Assembly (NCBI GenBank): GCA_045047115.1
Contig: JASFYR010000029.1
Span: 1-42,206 of the forward strand
Direction of reading: 5' to 3'
DNA from: Sulfurospirillum sp.
GTDB lineage: Bacteria > Campylobacterota > Campylobacteria > Campylobacterales > Sulfurospirillaceae
Length of the DNA stretch: 42,206 nucleotides
The position numbers were made by a program, and so were the translations under genes. This document shows, piece by piece, positions 25,723-36,951 of the stretch (its first letter is position 1; every line of letters begins with the position of its first letter). The notes beneath the pieces are model-generated. The model did not search any database. It was not told the DNA's origin and saw nothing but the letters and a program-made list of their open reading frames with translations.

Positions 25723-26718
25723 TTAGGTGATAAAATATTTGCGAAGTTCGCTCTTGTCTTCATAGGGCGACTCGCTTACTATTTTTTCGCCAAGTATTAT
25801 ATCATATTTTTTATTTAGTTGAGTTTTTGCAAAGGCAAGAGTTGCTTTTAGTGCCAAAATAAGATCATTTTGTGACGCATTTGCACTTAGAAGCGATGAA
25901 GGTCCCGGTATATCTTTTGCTTTTATAAAGATGTACTTATCGCTTTTTATACTCTCTATCCTCTCGTTTTCTTCCTGGTTTCTGCCAATTATGAGTTTTG
26001 CACCATCTTTGAGTCTTAGTTGTCTGCCGTTTTTTAAAACATCTATATCTTCCACTTCGAGTTTGTCATGTTTGACAAAATCTCTCATTTTCTTAGTAAA
26101 GTTTATATCAGTCAGCAGACATCCGCCGCCCGGTTTTTCAAAATCATCCCAGCCAAATTCCTCTGCAAGAGCTAGTTGAATATCTCTGCTTCTGCCATTT
26201 ATGCCAAGCAGTTTCCCCCGTTCTACCCAGCCTTCCATCTCCGGCTTGGTTGGTTTCATCACTTTTGCACACAATGGACGAAGTATCAGGCCCTCTTCAT
26301 CTCCGGCCAGTTTTCTTACTGATTGAAGAGCATCACTTCTTTGACTCATAGGCCTTTGCCCCACAACTTCCCCGGTTACTATAAAAGAGGCTCCAAATCT
26401 CTCCATAAGTCCCAAAGCGACTTTAAACATAAAGCCATGGCAATCTATACATGGATTGAAGTTTTTTCCATATCCGAATTTTGGATCAAAAAGTATCTCT
26501 TTTATGTAGGTGTCACGCATATCTATCACTTCAAAATTTCCACCCGCAAGCTCGGCTCTTTTTCTCATTAGTTCACTTATATCTGTTTTGGAACCAAATC
26601 CTATATTTATATTGATAGCCGTTACTTCTATGTCTTGCATACTCATCAGTTTTATCGCAAGCATACTATCGAGTCCACCACTGAAAAGTGCCAGACATTT
26701 TCTTTTTTCACTACTCAT
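25723..26718 (-). CDS. ThiI/MnmA-like PP-loop ATPase, putative tRNA sulfurtransferase
   Basis: SGGLDS PP-loop, NPCIDCH, TGEVVGQRPMSQ and PGGGCLLT. Confidence 0.7.
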   Translation of the reverse strand: MSSEKRKCLALFSGGLDSMLAIKLMSMQDIEVTAININIGFGSKTDISELMRKRAELAGGNFEVIDMRDTYIKEILFDPKFGYGKNFNPCIDCHGFMFKVALGLMERFGASFIVTGEVVGQRPMSQRSDALQSVRKLAGDEEGLILRPLCAKVMKPTKPEMEGWVERGKLLGINGRSRDIQLALAEEFGWDDFEKPGGGCLLTDINFTKKMRDFVKHDKLEVEDIDVLKNGRQLRLKDGAKLIIGRNQEENERIESIKSDKYIFIKAKDIPGPSSLLSANASQNDLILALKATLAFAKTQLNKKYDIILGEKIVSESPYEDKSELRKYFIT

Positions 26719-28348
26719 AAGCTACGAGTTCTCCTCTTTTTAACTTAAATATTTTTTCTTGAAAAGACCTTATATGAAACTGCTTCTCTTTATAATCCAG
26801 TGTTTTGTCACTCTTCACAAGGGACAGCTTTTCACTATAAAATTTAACCAAAAATGTAATCATAGCAGAAAAAAGCTCTTTTTCATCATAAATTTTTATA
26901 TCATCCCAGAGCATTATCTCCCTCAGTTTTGGGTGCTCTTGCTCATTATCAAGCAAAAGTCTGAACTCTTGGGCATGAGTTTTAAACATACTCGCATCTA
27001 CTGTATCGAGCAGTGTGTCTATCAAAGATGGTTTTGTTAGAATAGTTTTGATGATAGTCAGCTCCAGCATATCTATAAAATCTTCTCTTTTGTGTCTTGT
27101 TTGGACATCTCTTTTGATTTTGACCAGATTTTGCGGTAGATTCAGAGCACCGCTTAATACCCCGCGATAACTCTCTTGAAGCGTCGCAGGCAGACTATGC
27201 AGGTAGACCATCCCCTCTTTTAGTGCTTTTTGTTTTTCCAGTCCATCGTGTAGATTGTACTTTTTGACTATCTGTTCTATGGCAAACTCTACAAAGGGTT
27301 GAGCTTCGCCAAAGAGTCTGTTTAGTTTTTCGACTTCCCCGTTTCTAACCATATCTGCCGGGTCCATTTCTTCGCCAAAGAGTATAACTCCACCTTTGAA
27401 AGAGTGACGACTAAGAAGTATAGATGCCTTTAGTGCTGCTGCGATTCCCGCATCATCTCCGTCATAAGCCAGGATGACTTCTGGTTCCATTTTTGTGATG
27501 AGAGGGAGATGTTCATTCGTCAAAGCGGTTCCGAGTGTAGCTACTGCATTTGTAAAACCTGCCTGGTGCAGCATGATGGTATCCATGTATCCCTCGGTTA
27601 TGATTATCTTTTTTTGTTTAAATATACTCTCTTTTGCAAAAAAATAACCATACAGAAGTCTGGATTTGTTAAAATATTTTGTTTGTGGCGAGTTTATATA
27701 CTTTGCGGGATGATTTGTGATGGTTCTGCCACCAAATCCGACAAATTTTCCATTGCGTGAGCGGATAGGAAATATAATTCTGTCTATAAATCTACAATAC
27801 GCCCTGTTGCTGTTTTCCGACATGTCAGCCACACCAAACTCTTTTGCCTCGCTCAAAGAGTAGCCGTGACTTCGTAGGAAATTTAGCGTCTCATCACTGC
27901 TAGGTGCAAATCCTATCTCAAATTTTTCTATAGTTGCCTGACCTATTCCCCGCTCCAAGAGGTATTTTTTTGCACTCTGTTGATCGTCAAGTTTTTTACG
28001 GAAAAAGAGAGTGAGATTTTCCATCAGTTTTCTATCAACTCTGTCATTTTTATCGTCTGTATATGTGAGTGAAAAGTTGTACATATTTGCAAGTTTTTCT
28101 ATAGTTTCAGGATAGTTTAGCTTTTCATACTCCATCACAAATTTTATACTGTCTCCCCCGGCACCACAGCTAAAACAGTGGTATATCTGCTTAGATGGAC
28201 TTATGACCAGACTTGGATTTGAGTCATTGTGAAAAGGGCAGATGGCTTTAAAATTTGCTCCGTTTTTCCTAAGCTCCAAATAGCTTCCCACAACATCTAC
28301 TATATCTAATCTGCTTTTTAAATTTTCTATTGAATTGTTCTCTATCAT
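26711..28348 (-). CDS. dnaG: DNA primase
   Basis: CPFH...CFSC zinc finger, KYINSP, EGYMD and YDGD TOPRIM motifs. ATG 28348 (MIENNS) is the likely start. Confidence 0.95.
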   Translation of the reverse strand: MIENNSIENLKSRLDIVDVVGSYLELRKNGANFKAICPFHNDSNPSLVISPSKQIYHCFSCGAGGDSIKFVMEYEKLNYPETIEKLANMYNFSLTYTDDKNDRVDRKLMENLTLFFRKKLDDQQSAKKYLLERGIGQATIEKFEIGFAPSSDETLNFLRSHGYSLSEAKEFGVADMSENSNRAYCRFIDRIIFPIRSRNGKFVGFGGRTITNHPAKYINSPQTKYFNKSRLLYGYFFAKESIFKQKKIIITEGYMDTIMLHQAGFTNAVATLGTALTNEHLPLITKMEPEVILAYDGDDAGIAAALKASILLSRHSFKGGVILFGEEMDPADMVRNGEVEKLNRLFGEAQPFVEFAIEQIVKKYNLHDGLEKQKALKEGMVYLHSLPATLQESYRGVLSGALNLPQNLVKIKRDVQTRHKREDFIDMLELTIIKTILTKPSLIDTLLDTVDASMFKTHAQEFRLLLDNEQEHPKLREIMLWDDIKIYDEKELFSAMITFLVKFYSEKLSLVKSDKTLDYKEKQFHIRSFQEKIFKLKRGELVAYE

Positions 28349-28354
28349 TCTGCT

Positions 28355-28386
28355 ATTATAACATTTAAAAACTAATTTGGTATAAT
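28355..28386. promoter_or_regulatory. Back-to-back extended -10 promoters
   Basis: TGTTATAAT on the minus strand (28355-28363) and TGGTATAAT on the plus strand (28378-28386). Confidence 0.65.
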
Positions 28387-28413
28387 AGTCAAATATCCAT
28401 ATAAGGCAAATCA

Positions 28414-29457
28414 TTGAATAGTTTTTTTATTGAGTATAGGGACCCGATGTTTGGGATTATCATACTTTTTGCTGTTATCTTTGTCATCTCTTTTGCAAAT
28501 TATTGGTGGGGAGTTTTTAAGAGCAAAGAAGAGAAAGACTCTATAGAGAAATTTGTCAAAAAGTTTGAAATAGTAAGTGATGAAGAGGAGTATAAAAAAC
28601 TTTTGCAAAACTCAAATATCCCTACCCAATCTCTGGCTTTGCTCGCAGATGCTTATGGTAAAAGCGGTGATTATGAAAAAGCTATAAATATCTACCTTGT
28701 AGCACTGAAGAGGGTAAAAGGAAAAGATAAAAAACAGTATCTTCTCTCCAGTCTTGGCAAGACTTATTTTAAGGCCGGATTTTTAAGCAGAAGTGGTGAT
28801 GTATTTCTCGAATCTCTAAGGATTCATCCGCGAAATGAAGAGTCATTAAAGTATCTGACCGTTGTTTATGAGAGGCTCAAAGAGTATGATAAGGCTATTG
28901 AAGTTTTGGATGCTCTGGAAGAGTTGGGTGCTGTTGTAAAAAAACAGAAACTCTATCTTGAGGTTTTACAGATTAGTGAAGACAGTAAGCTGGTAAATCA
29001 GAAAAAAATGCAGAAATTAGAAGAAATATCTACCAAAGAGAGATTTTTGCAGAGAAAATATTTTGAATTTATGCAACAAAACAGGCTTGAAATTCCAAAA
29101 AAGATATTGGCAAAGCTGTATTTTAAAAACCTAACCGATTTGCTTTGGTTTGCAGATAATGATTGGCTGGATCTCTCTACATCAGATCAGCCTGTTTTGA
29201 AACAGATTGCTATGGCAAAAGGTTTTATTAAATATGAAAAGATAAAAAATGGAATTTTTGCATTTGATGTTTTGGGTGCTTTGAAAAAAGAGGGTGGTGT
29301 TAAGGCAGATCTTGGTTTCCACTACATGTGCAGCGAGTGTAAAAATGTCTATCCGCTTTACTTTTACAGATGTCCAAATTGTCTTAGTATCGGTAATGCA
29401 AAGATACAAAGCTCCATAATTAAAGCAAATGATGAAGAAAATATACCTTTTCTCTGA
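28414..29457 (+). CDS. TPR protein, LapB/YciM-like
   Basis: N-terminal TM, TPR repeats and a C-terminal CSEC...CPNC rubredoxin-like motif. Confidence 0.75.
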   Translation: MNSFFIEYRDPMFGIIILFAVIFVISFANYWWGVFKSKEEKDSIEKFVKKFEIVSDEEEYKKLLQNSNIPTQSLALLADAYGKSGDYEKAINIYLVALKRVKGKDKKQYLLSSLGKTYFKAGFLSRSGDVFLESLRIHPRNEESLKYLTVVYERLKEYDKAIEVLDALEELGAVVKKQKLYLEVLQISEDSKLVNQKKMQKLEEISTKERFLQRKYFEFMQQNRLEIPKKILAKLYFKNLTDLLWFADNDWLDLSTSDQPVLKQIAMAKGFIKYEKIKNGIFAFDVLGALKKEGGVKADLGFHYMCSECKNVYPLYFYRCPNCLSIGNAKIQSSIIKANDEENIPFL

Positions 29458-29851
29458 TGGATCTTCTCTTGGAAATCCAGGCGAGGGAGGATACTGTGCG
29501 ATTTTGAAATATAATGACAAAGAGAAGACAGTCAAAGGCGGATGGAAGATGGCCACAAACAATCAGATGGAGCTTTTGGCAGTTATCGAGGGCTTAAAAG
29601 CAGTAAAGGAGCCTTGTGAGGTTGAGGTGATTAGCGACTCCAGCTATGTGGTAAAAGGCATAAATGAGTGGCTTAAAAACTGGATAAAAAGAGATTTTAA
29701 AAAAGTGAAAAATCCAGAACTTTGGAGAAATTACATAGAAGTGGCAAAACCCCATAAGATAAAAGCGACTTGGGTAAAGGGGCATGCGGGGCACAAAGAG
29801 AATGAGATGTGTGATTTGATAGCAAAAGAGGAAGCGGAAAAGTTAAAATAA
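29429..29851 (+). CDS. rnhA: Ribonuclease HI
   Basis: SDGSSLGNPG, TNNQMEL, SDSSY and WVKGHAG. Confidence 0.95.
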   Translation: MMKKIYLFSDGSSLGNPGEGGYCAILKYNDKEKTVKGGWKMATNNQMELLAVIEGLKAVKEPCEVEVISDSSYVVKGINEWLKNWIKRDFKKVKNPELWRNYIEVAKPHKIKATWVKGHAGHKENEMCDLIAKEEAEKLK

Positions 29852-29863
29852 AAGGGGCATTAT

Positions 29864-30547
29864 ATGGATAAAAATTTGGAGATTTTACAAAAGCGTTTGG
29901 ATTATCAGTTTAAAAATCAAAATCTGATAATCGAAGCTCTTACGCATAAAAGTTATAAAAAACCATACAACAATGAGAGGCTTGAGTTTTTGGGTGATGC
30001 TGTTTTGGATTTGATAGTCGGAGAGTATCTGTACCATAAATTTCCAGATGTTGCTGAGGGGGAGCTCTCAAAATTAAGAGCATCTTTGGTCAATGAAAAA
30101 GGTTTTCAAAAACTCGCACAAGTCTTAAATCTCGGTGATTGCATATACATCTCACTCGCAGAAGAGAACAATAAGGGTAGAGAAAAATCATCTCTTCTCT
30201 CAAATGCTTTTGAAGCTCTGATGGGAGCTTTGTATCTTGAAGCAGGTCTTAAAGAAACCAGAAAAATTTGCGTACATCTCTTGGAGTCGGCATATCCGGT
30301 CATAGATATGGAGGCTATATTTAGAGACTTTAAAACCACACTGCAAGAACTCACACAGGCAAAATACGCCCAAACACCAGAGTATAGACTTGTGAAATCT
30401 TATGGGCCTGACCATAAAAAAGAGTTTGAAATGGCAGTTGTAATCCAAGGTAAAGAGATATCAAAAGCCACAGGAAAAAGCAAAAAAGAGGCGCAACAAG
30501 CCTCAGCAAAATTGGCTTTGGAAGTACTAAAAAAGGAAGGTTTGTGA
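29864..30547 (+). CDS. rnc: Ribonuclease III
   Basis: [12 protein letters not shown] signature and a dsRBD. Confidence 0.97.
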   Translation: MDKNLEILQKRLDYQFKNQNLIIEALTHKSYKKPYNNERLEFLGDAVLDLIVGEYLYHKFPDVAEGELSKLRASLVNEKGFQKLAQVLNLGDCIYISLAEENNKGREKSSLLSNAFEALMGALYLEAGLKETRKICVHLLESAYPVIDMEAIFRDFKTTLQELTQAKYAQTPEYRLVKSYGPDHKKEFEMAVVIQGKEISKATGKSKKEAQQASAKLALEVLKKEGL

Positions 30548-31617
30548 ACAAATTTGGTAAAAGATTTAGCTTTAGCACATTTGGAGAGTCTCACGGAAAG
30601 GCAATAGGGTGTCTTATAGATGGAGTACCAGCCGGCGTGAAACTTGATATGGAATTTATCCAAGGTGAATTAGATAGAAGAAAACCCGGGCAAAACAGGT
30701 TTGCTACTGCCAGAAAAGAGGGTGATAGAGTTGAGATTTTAAGTGGTATTTTTGAGGGCTTTAGCACGGGGACACCGATAGAGCTTGTTATATTTAATGA
30801 AGATCAAAAAAGCAGAGACTATGACAATATCAAAGAGATTTTTCGCCCAGGGCATGCTGATTTTACCTACTATAAAAAGTATGGTATAAGAGACTACAGA
30901 GGTGGAGGAAGAAGCAGTGCAAGAGAGACTGCCGCAAGAGTCGCAGCAGGTGCAGTGGCAAAACTTATACTAAAAGAATTAAATATCGAAGTAAGAAGCG
31001 GTGTATGCGAAGTTGGAGGCGTAGAGGCTGATTCTCTTGATTTCTCTTATCCGCCAAGCAGTCCTGTTTATGCACTTGACAGAGAGAAAGATTTAGTATG
31101 GCAAGATAAGATACTGGAGGCTAAAAATACACATGACTCCATCGGAGGAGTTGTATATGTAAGGGTTTCAAATCCACCTACAGGACTTGGCGAGCCTATA
31201 TACTATAAACTGGATGCTGTTTTGGCGGATGCTATGATGGGTATAAACGGAGCCAAAGCAGTAGAGATAGGTGAGGGCATAAAGGCTGCGAAGATTTTTG
31301 GTTCACAAAACAATGACCAGATTTCAAAAAAAGGTTTTTTAAGCAACAACAGCGGTGGAATCCTGGGTGGCATATCAAATGGCGAAGATATAGACATAAA
31401 AGTTCACTTTAAGCCGACGCCCTCCATATTTATGGAGCAAAAGACCATAGATAAAGAGGGACAAGAGAGAGATTTTTCACTCAAAGGCAGACACGATCCT
31501 TGCATAGCTGTGCGAGGAAGCGTAGTAGCCGAAGCGATGGCTGCTGTAGTCATAACTGATATGTTGTTTTTAAATATGAGCTCAAAAATGGAAAATATCA
31601 AAAAAGTATATATCTAA
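30544..31617 (+). CDS. aroC: Chorismate synthase
   Basis: GESHG, RPGHAD, RSSARET and GRHDPC. Confidence 0.97.
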   Translation: MNKFGKRFSFSTFGESHGKAIGCLIDGVPAGVKLDMEFIQGELDRRKPGQNRFATARKEGDRVEILSGIFEGFSTGTPIELVIFNEDQKSRDYDNIKEIFRPGHADFTYYKKYGIRDYRGGGRSSARETAARVAAGAVAKLILKELNIEVRSGVCEVGGVEADSLDFSYPPSSPVYALDREKDLVWQDKILEAKNTHDSIGGVVYVRVSNPPTGLGEPIYYKLDAVLADAMMGINGAKAVEIGEGIKAAKIFGSQNNDQISKKGFLSNNSGGILGGISNGEDIDIKVHFKPTPSIFMEQKTIDKEGQERDFSLKGRHDPCIAVRGSVVAEAMAAVVITDMLFLNMSSKMENIKKVYI

Positions 31618-31883
31618 TAGACTTGTTGTGGTATAAGAGCATATCCTAAACATCATATACATATTCATAATCAAGGCAAGACGACGCAGGGCTAACTGGT
31701 TAGCTCAAGAAGTCTTAACGCAGAGTATGGATATATATATGATGCCCGTAGGGTAGTCTCTAAAGAGCAATCTTGAACAAAATTTTTCATCACCTTAGCT
31801 ATGGCTAAGCTTCAAAAAAAGTTTTGCTCAATCTCACCCTTTAGAGACTACTTAGGGTATGCTCTTATATCGCAACAAGTCTA
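31618..31883. mobile_element. MITE-like structured repeat element (266 bp)
   Basis: 32-bp terminal inverted repeats (29/32) beginning and ending in TA, with two long internal hairpins; non-coding. Confidence 0.7.
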
Positions 31884-31891
31884 ATGTTCAA

Positions 31892-32443
31892 TCAGAACAG
31901 AGTCGGCTCTCTTAGGCTTTTGATTTTAAAGCTTTTTCTATGACAAGATGAGTAGCCAAACTCTTTTATCTCCTGCACATGTAGAGCTGTCCCATAGCCT
32001 TTGTGCTTGATAAACGAATAGTTTGGAAATTTATCTTGTATCTCATACATGTAGCTGTCCCGACTCACTTTTGCTAGGATACTAGCAGCACTTACCTCGG
32101 GTACTTTTGCATCTGCTTTTACCAATGTCTTTATTCCATCGACTCCAAATGAACTGTTGCCGTCCATCAAGATATCGTACTCTCTAAAGTGCTCTTTTAT
32201 TTTTTTAATTGCATATCCCAAGCAGTAGCCAAGACCTTTGTTATCTACCATTTCATTGTCACAAAAGATGATTTTATAATCTGCGTTCTCTTTTATGATT
32301 ATGAAAAGCTCATCTCTTCTTTTTTCACTGAGTTGTTTTGAGTCTGCCAAACCTTTAATCTTCTCTTTAAGCACAACTCCGGCCACGACCAAAGGGCCAG
32401 CTATACACCCTCTGCCGGCTTCATCTATGCCGCATAGTTTCAT
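31892..32443 (-). CDS. rnhB: Ribonuclease HII
   Basis: GIDEAGRG, DSK, SAASILAKVSRD and HKGYGT. Confidence 0.96.
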   Translation of the reverse strand: MKLCGIDEAGRGCIAGPLVVAGVVLKEKIKGLADSKQLSEKRRDELFIIIKENADYKIIFCDNEMVDNKGLGYCLGYAIKKIKEHFREYDILMDGNSSFGVDGIKTLVKADAKVPEVSAASILAKVSRDSYMYEIQDKFPNYSFIKHKGYGTALHVQEIKEFGYSSCHRKSFKIKSLREPTLF

Positions 32444-32444
32444 T

Positions 32445-33521
32445 TTAAGCCCCCAATGCCCACTCCCAAAAGGAGATTTGTTTAAATTTTATGTTTCCTA
32501 GTTCAAAATTACCCTCGTTGCCTATGGTGATAATCTCAATTTTCTCTATGTGCAGAGATTTAAAATGAGGTGTCAGTCTATCCATCTTCTCTTTTAGAGT
32601 ATTTAAGGGAGTAAAAGGAGAGCAGATGATTCCTAACTTTTTTGTAGGGATAAAAAAGTCTATCCGATCAGTATAGTACATATCTTTCTCTCTTTTAAAA
32701 AGCTCCAAAAAGATCATATTTTCAAATCTTTTCAAAAAGTCTTTTTTGAAAGTTAAGCCGCTTTTAATCGCAAAATCAAAAATATATATCTTTTTTATCG
32801 CCTTTTTCTGTCTATATTTTTCCAAAAACAGAATCAACTCTCTATCGCTTAGTCTTTGAGCGAAATTATATAAAAAATCCTTTGAAATCTTCATTATGCC
32901 TTTTAGTTGATTGTAAATTTGAAAGAGTGAAGCTTTTGAGCTTTGTAGTTCGCAAAATTTTTTGAAAATCAGAAATTCATTTTTTGAGTCAAAAAATTCT
33001 CTCGATACTCTTTGAAACTCACCTTGGTAGTTTCTCTCATTATATAGCACCACCTCAGGAATTCCTCCTCTTTTCGAAAATATACTGAATAGTTGCTCTA
33101 TATTGAAGTGTCTTTTGTCAAAGGCTATAAATTCCTCAAAGTCAAGTGGATAAAGATAGAGTCTGTGAAAATTTTCAAGTTTTATATTTTTATCATCCGT
33201 ACTTATGATGATCTCTTGTACATCAGGTAGAGTAAAAGAAAAATCGAAATTTTCCAATACCAACAGCCTGATATGATTTTTTGCTATAAAATTTTTTAAT
33301 TTTTGCATTTCGAGGTCATCAAAACTGACTCTAGTATCATTAAAATCTATGTATAGATACTCATCTTTGTCAAAATTTTGTAGATAATCTACAATCAAAT
33401 GAGTCTTTCCTGATTTTTTTGGTCCAAGCAGAAGAGTTTTTTTGTTTGTTATTCTCATCTTTCTATCATAAAAAAAACTATTTTCTAGTTTTATGTCATA
33501 AAGTGTTTCTAGTAAAATCAT
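32445..33521 (-). CDS. AAA+ ATPase-like protein (AAA_14/DUF4143-type)
   Basis: GPKKSGKT Walker A, YPLDFEEF, GGIPE, KKIYIFD and FENMIF. Confidence 0.75.
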   Translation of the reverse strand: MILLETLYDIKLENSFFYDRKMRITNKKTLLLGPKKSGKTHLIVDYLQNFDKDEYLYIDFNDTRVSFDDLEMQKLKNFIAKNHIRLLVLENFDFSFTLPDVQEIIISTDDKNIKLENFHRLYLYPLDFEEFIAFDKRHFNIEQLFSIFSKRGGIPEVVLYNERNYQGEFQRVSREFFDSKNEFLIFKKFCELQSSKASLFQIYNQLKGIMKISKDFLYNFAQRLSDRELILFLEKYRQKKAIKKIYIFDFAIKSGLTFKKDFLKRFENMIFLELFKREKDMYYTDRIDFFIPTKKLGIICSPFTPLNTLKEKMDRLTPHFKSLHIEKIEIITIGNEGNFELGNIKFKQISFWEWALGA

Positions 33522-33593
33522 AATCTAATAGTATTACTATCCTTATTAAAAGGAAATAAAATTGATATAAATTGAGTAAAGTCCCCTAAATCA

Positions 33594-33622
33594 TTGACTT
33601 TTAAGTCATATTTTAGTACAAT
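33594..33622 (+). promoter_or_regulatory. Sigma70 promoter of the S10 operon
   Basis: TTGACT-N17-TACAAT. Confidence 0.75.
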
Positions 33623-33699
33623 CTCGTTCCTTATTAGGTCATCATTGATGGTTTTTAAAAACCATTGGATAGGTGACAAGTTCTTTTTTAGGGGTAATT

Positions 33700-34011
33700 A
33701 TGGAAAAAATACGACTTAAACTCAAGGCACATGACCATAGAGTTTTAGACAGATCTGTTGCAGCAATTGTAGAAGCTGTTAAGCGAACTGGAGCTGAGAT
33801 AAAAGGCCCAATTCCTATGCCTACGAAGATAAAGCGCTATACTGTGCTTAAATCACCACACGTAAACAAAGACTCAAGAGAACAATTCGAGATAAGAATT
33901 CACGCTCGTATGATAGATATCGTATCTGCTACAACTGACACAGTTGATTCTTTGATGAAGCTTGACCTTGCACCTGAGGTGAATGTCGAAGTAAGAGCAA
34001 TGGGTAAATAG
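33700..34011 (+). CDS. rpsJ: 30S ribosomal protein S10
   Basis: MEKIRLKLK...[16 protein letters not shown] 33700 follows an AGGGG RBS. Confidence 0.97.
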   Translation: MEKIRLKLKAHDHRVLDRSVAAIVEAVKRTGAEIKGPIPMPTKIKRYTVLKSPHVNKDSREQFEIRIHARMIDIVSATTDTVDSLMKLDLAPEVNVEVRAMGK

Positions 34012-34018
34012 GGGAGTA

Positions 34019-34600
34019 ATGATGGAATATATAGTAGAAAAAATCGGAATGAGCAGAACTGTTACAGTTCCCAGCGTTCCTGTAACATTACTTAAAGTTG
34101 TAGAGGCAAAAGTTTGCGAAGTTGATGCTGAGAAAAAAGCAATCGTAGCTTATGCCAGTGGCAAAAAAATGAATCGTACAATTGCCGGAAAGCAAAAAAA
34201 GTATAACTTAAGTGCACAGTTTAATCGTTTCGCTACATTGGTAGTTGCAAATGAAGAAGCAGGCGACTTGGATACATCTGCGCTTGGTGAAGTAAAAGTT
34301 ATAAAATCAACTTTTGATTCAAAGGGTAGAGGTTTCGCAGGTGTTATGAAGAGATATAATTTTGCAGGTGGTCCAGGAGGTCACGGTAGCCGTTTTCACA
34401 GAGCTCCGGGTTCAATCGGAAATGCTGAATGGCCAGGTCGTGTTCAAAAAGGCAAAAGAATGCCGGGACACTATGGAAATGCAAAGACAACAGTTAAAAA
34501 TGAAGTTCTCTCTTTTGACGCACAAAACGGCATTCTGGCTGTTAAGGGACCGGTTCCTGGCGCAAATGGAGCACTTGGAAGAGTGAGGATAGTTAAATGA
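34019..34600 (+). CDS. rplC: 50S ribosomal protein L3
   Basis: [12 protein letters not shown] and HRAPGSIG. Confidence 0.97.
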   Translation: MMEYIVEKIGMSRTVTVPSVPVTLLKVVEAKVCEVDAEKKAIVAYASGKKMNRTIAGKQKKYNLSAQFNRFATLVVANEEAGDLDTSALGEVKVIKSTFDSKGRGFAGVMKRYNFAGGPGGHGSRFHRAPGSIGNAEWPGRVQKGKRMPGHYGNAKTTVKNEVLSFDAQNGILAVKGPVPGANGALGRVRIVK

Positions 34601-35211
34601 GTAGTGCAATAGTACTAAATGAAAAATTTGAAAATAGTGGCGAGTTGGCACTTCCTGAGAATTATGAAAATATAAACTCACACAACCTATACCTATATGT
34701 AAAATCATATCTAGCAAGTATTCGTGCAAATACTGCAAATACAAAAACTAGAGCTCAAGTGAGTGGCGGTGGTAGAAAACCATGGGCACAAAAAGGTAAA
34801 GGCGGTGCTCGTGCCGGATCAAGCAGAAGTCCAATCTGGGTTGGCGGTGGTGTATCATTTGGACCAAAGTCAAATAGAAACTATGAGCAAAAAGTTAATA
34901 AAAAACAGAAAAAATTGGCACTTAGCTACGCTTTAAATGAAAAAGCTGTTGCAAATGCACTTTTTGTAACTGATTCAGTTAGTATAGAATCAGGTAAAGC
35001 AAAAGATGCTGCTGCACTTATAAAGACTTTGGGTGCCAGAGATGCATTGATAGTAAAAGAGTTAGTAGATGAAAAAACATTTTTAGCTTTTAGAAATCTA
35101 AAAAATTGCTATCTTATAGAAGCAAATGAGCTAAATGCTTATTTGACTACTGCATACTACACAGTAGTGATTGAAAAATCAGTACTAGAAACTATAACAA
35201 AAGAGGGCTAA
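34597..35211 (+). CDS. rplD: 50S ribosomal protein L4
   Basis: [12 protein letters not shown]. Confidence 0.97.
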   Translation: MSSAIVLNEKFENSGELALPENYENINSHNLYLYVKSYLASIRANTANTKTRAQVSGGGRKPWAQKGKGGARAGSSRSPIWVGGGVSFGPKSNRNYEQKVNKKQKKLALSYALNEKAVANALFVTDSVSIESGKAKDAAALIKTLGARDALIVKELVDEKTFLAFRNLKNCYLIEANELNAYLTTAYYTVVIEKSVLETITKEG

Positions 35212-35213
35212 TT

Positions 35214-35495
35214 ATGGCAGATATAACTGATATAAAAGCAATCCTTTATACTGAAAAGAGCTTGAGCCTTCAAGAGAATGGAACAGTTGTTATTCAAACA
35301 TCAACAAGAATGACAAAAAATGGTCTAAAAGAGGTATTAAGAGAGTATTTTGGCTTTACTCCACTCAAGATTAACTCTATGAGAGTTTTGGGAAAAGTAA
35401 AGAAATTTAAAGGAATTGCCGGTAAAAGAAGTGATTCAAAAAAATTCTATGTTCAGCTACCTGAGGGTGCTAAACTAGAGAATCTGGAGGCGTAA
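35214..35495 (+). CDS. rplW: 50S ribosomal protein L23
   Basis: TEKS and KKFYV motifs; operon position. Confidence 0.95.
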   Translation: MADITDIKAILYTEKSLSLQENGTVVIQTSTRMTKNGLKEVLREYFGFTPLKINSMRVLGKVKKFKGIAGKRSDSKKFYVQLPEGAKLENLEA

Positions 35496-35496
35496 T

Positions 35497-36327
35497 ATGG
35501 CAATTAAATCATATAAACCATATACTCCAAGTCGTAGATATGTGACAGGCTTGGATTCAAGCGATATTACAGCTAAAGCGAGTGTGCCGTCTCTTCTAAA
35601 AAAGCTTCCTGTAAGCGCAGGTAGAAATAACAATGGTAGAATCACATCTCGTCATAAGCAAGGTGGCGCCAAGCGTCTTTACAGAATTATAGATTTTAAA
35701 AGAAGAAAATTTGATATAGAAGGTGTTGTAAGCGCTATCGAATATGATCCAAACAGAAACTGTAGAATCGCACTCATCACTTATGTTGATGGTGAAAAAA
35801 GATATATAATTCAGCCTTCAGGCTTAAAAGTGGGTGATCAAGTTCAAGCAGCTGAGGCTGGACTTGATATCAAGCCTGGAAATGCCATGAAGATGAAAAA
35901 CATACCAGTCGGTACTATCATTCATAACATAGAGATGAAGCCGGGACACGGTGCACAGATGGCAAGAAGTGCAGGTGGATATGCTCAACTTATGGGTAAA
36001 GAAGAGAAGTATGTAGTTCTAAGACTTCCAAGCGGTGAGATGAGACAAGTGCTTTCAGAGTGTATGGCAACTATCGGAACAGTCGGATGTGAAGATTGGG
36101 CAAATGTTGTTATCGGAAAAGCCGGTCGTAACCGTCACAGAGGAATTCGTCCTCAAACAAGAGGTAGTGCTATGAACCCAGTTGATCACCCACACGGTGG
36201 TGGTGAAGGTAAAAAGAATTCAGGTCGTCACCCTGTTACTCCTTGGGGTAAACCAACTAAGGGTGCTAAAACTCGCAGAAAAAAAGCGAGTGATAAACTG
36301 ATTATTTCTAGAAGAAAAGGAAAATAG
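35497..36327 (+). CDS. rplB: 50S ribosomal protein L2
   Basis: [14 protein letters not shown]. Confidence 0.98.
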   Translation: MAIKSYKPYTPSRRYVTGLDSSDITAKASVPSLLKKLPVSAGRNNNGRITSRHKQGGAKRLYRIIDFKRRKFDIEGVVSAIEYDPNRNCRIALITYVDGEKRYIIQPSGLKVGDQVQAAEAGLDIKPGNAMKMKNIPVGTIIHNIEMKPGHGAQMARSAGGYAQLMGKEEKYVVLRLPSGEMRQVLSECMATIGTVGCEDWANVVIGKAGRNRHRGIRPQTRGSAMNPVDHPHGGGEGKKNSGRHPVTPWGKPTKGAKTRRKKASDKLIISRRKGK

Positions 36328-36609
36328 ATGGGAAGAAGTCTAAAAAAAGGTCCTTTCGTAGATTCTCACTTGGCTAAGAAAGTAGATACAGCAAAGGCTG
36401 ACAAATCTAACAAGCCGATAAAAACCTGGTCAAGAAGAAGTACTATTACTCCTGATATGATTGGATTAACATTTAATGTACACAATGGAAGAAATTTTCT
36501 TCCTGTATATATAACAGAGAATCATGTTGGATATAAATTGGGTGAATTTTCTCCTACAAGAACATTTAAGGGTCATAAGGGCTCTGTTCAGAAGAAAATC
36601 GGTAAGTAG
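36328..36609 (+). CDS. rpsS: 30S ribosomal protein S19
   Basis: RSLKKGPF and KLGEFSPTR. Confidence 0.98.
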   Translation: MGRSLKKGPFVDSHLAKKVDTAKADKSNKPIKTWSRRSTITPDMIGLTFNVHNGRNFLPVYITENHVGYKLGEFSPTRTFKGHKGSVQKKIGK

Positions 36610-36617
36610 GGGTAGTT

Positions 36618-36950
36618 ATGAGTAAAGCAATATTAAAATTTATAAGATTATCTCCTACAAAAGCAAGGTTAATAGCAAGAGAAGTGCAGGGAATGAATGC
36701 TGAAATCGCATTGGCAAGATTGGAGTTTACTCCAAATAAAGCTGCTCTTGTTATCTCTAAAGTGATAGCATCAGCTGTTGCAAATGGTGGTTTTGAACCA
36801 GAAGAAGTTATCGTATCTTCTTGTCGTGTTGACGCTGGTCCGGTACTTAAAAGATTTAGACCAAGAGCCCGTGGAAGTGCTAGTGGTATCAGAAAACCTA
36901 CTTCACATGTAATGGTAGAAGTAAGCGAAGCTGCAAAGAAGGAAGACTAA
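36618..36950 (+). CDS. rplV: 50S ribosomal protein L22
   Basis: KRFRPRARG. Confidence 0.97.
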   Translation: MSKAILKFIRLSPTKARLIAREVQGMNAEIALARLEFTPNKAALVISKVIASAVANGGFEPEEVIVSSCRVDAGPVLKRFRPRARGSASGIRKPTSHVMVEVSEAAKKED

Positions 36951-36951
36951 G

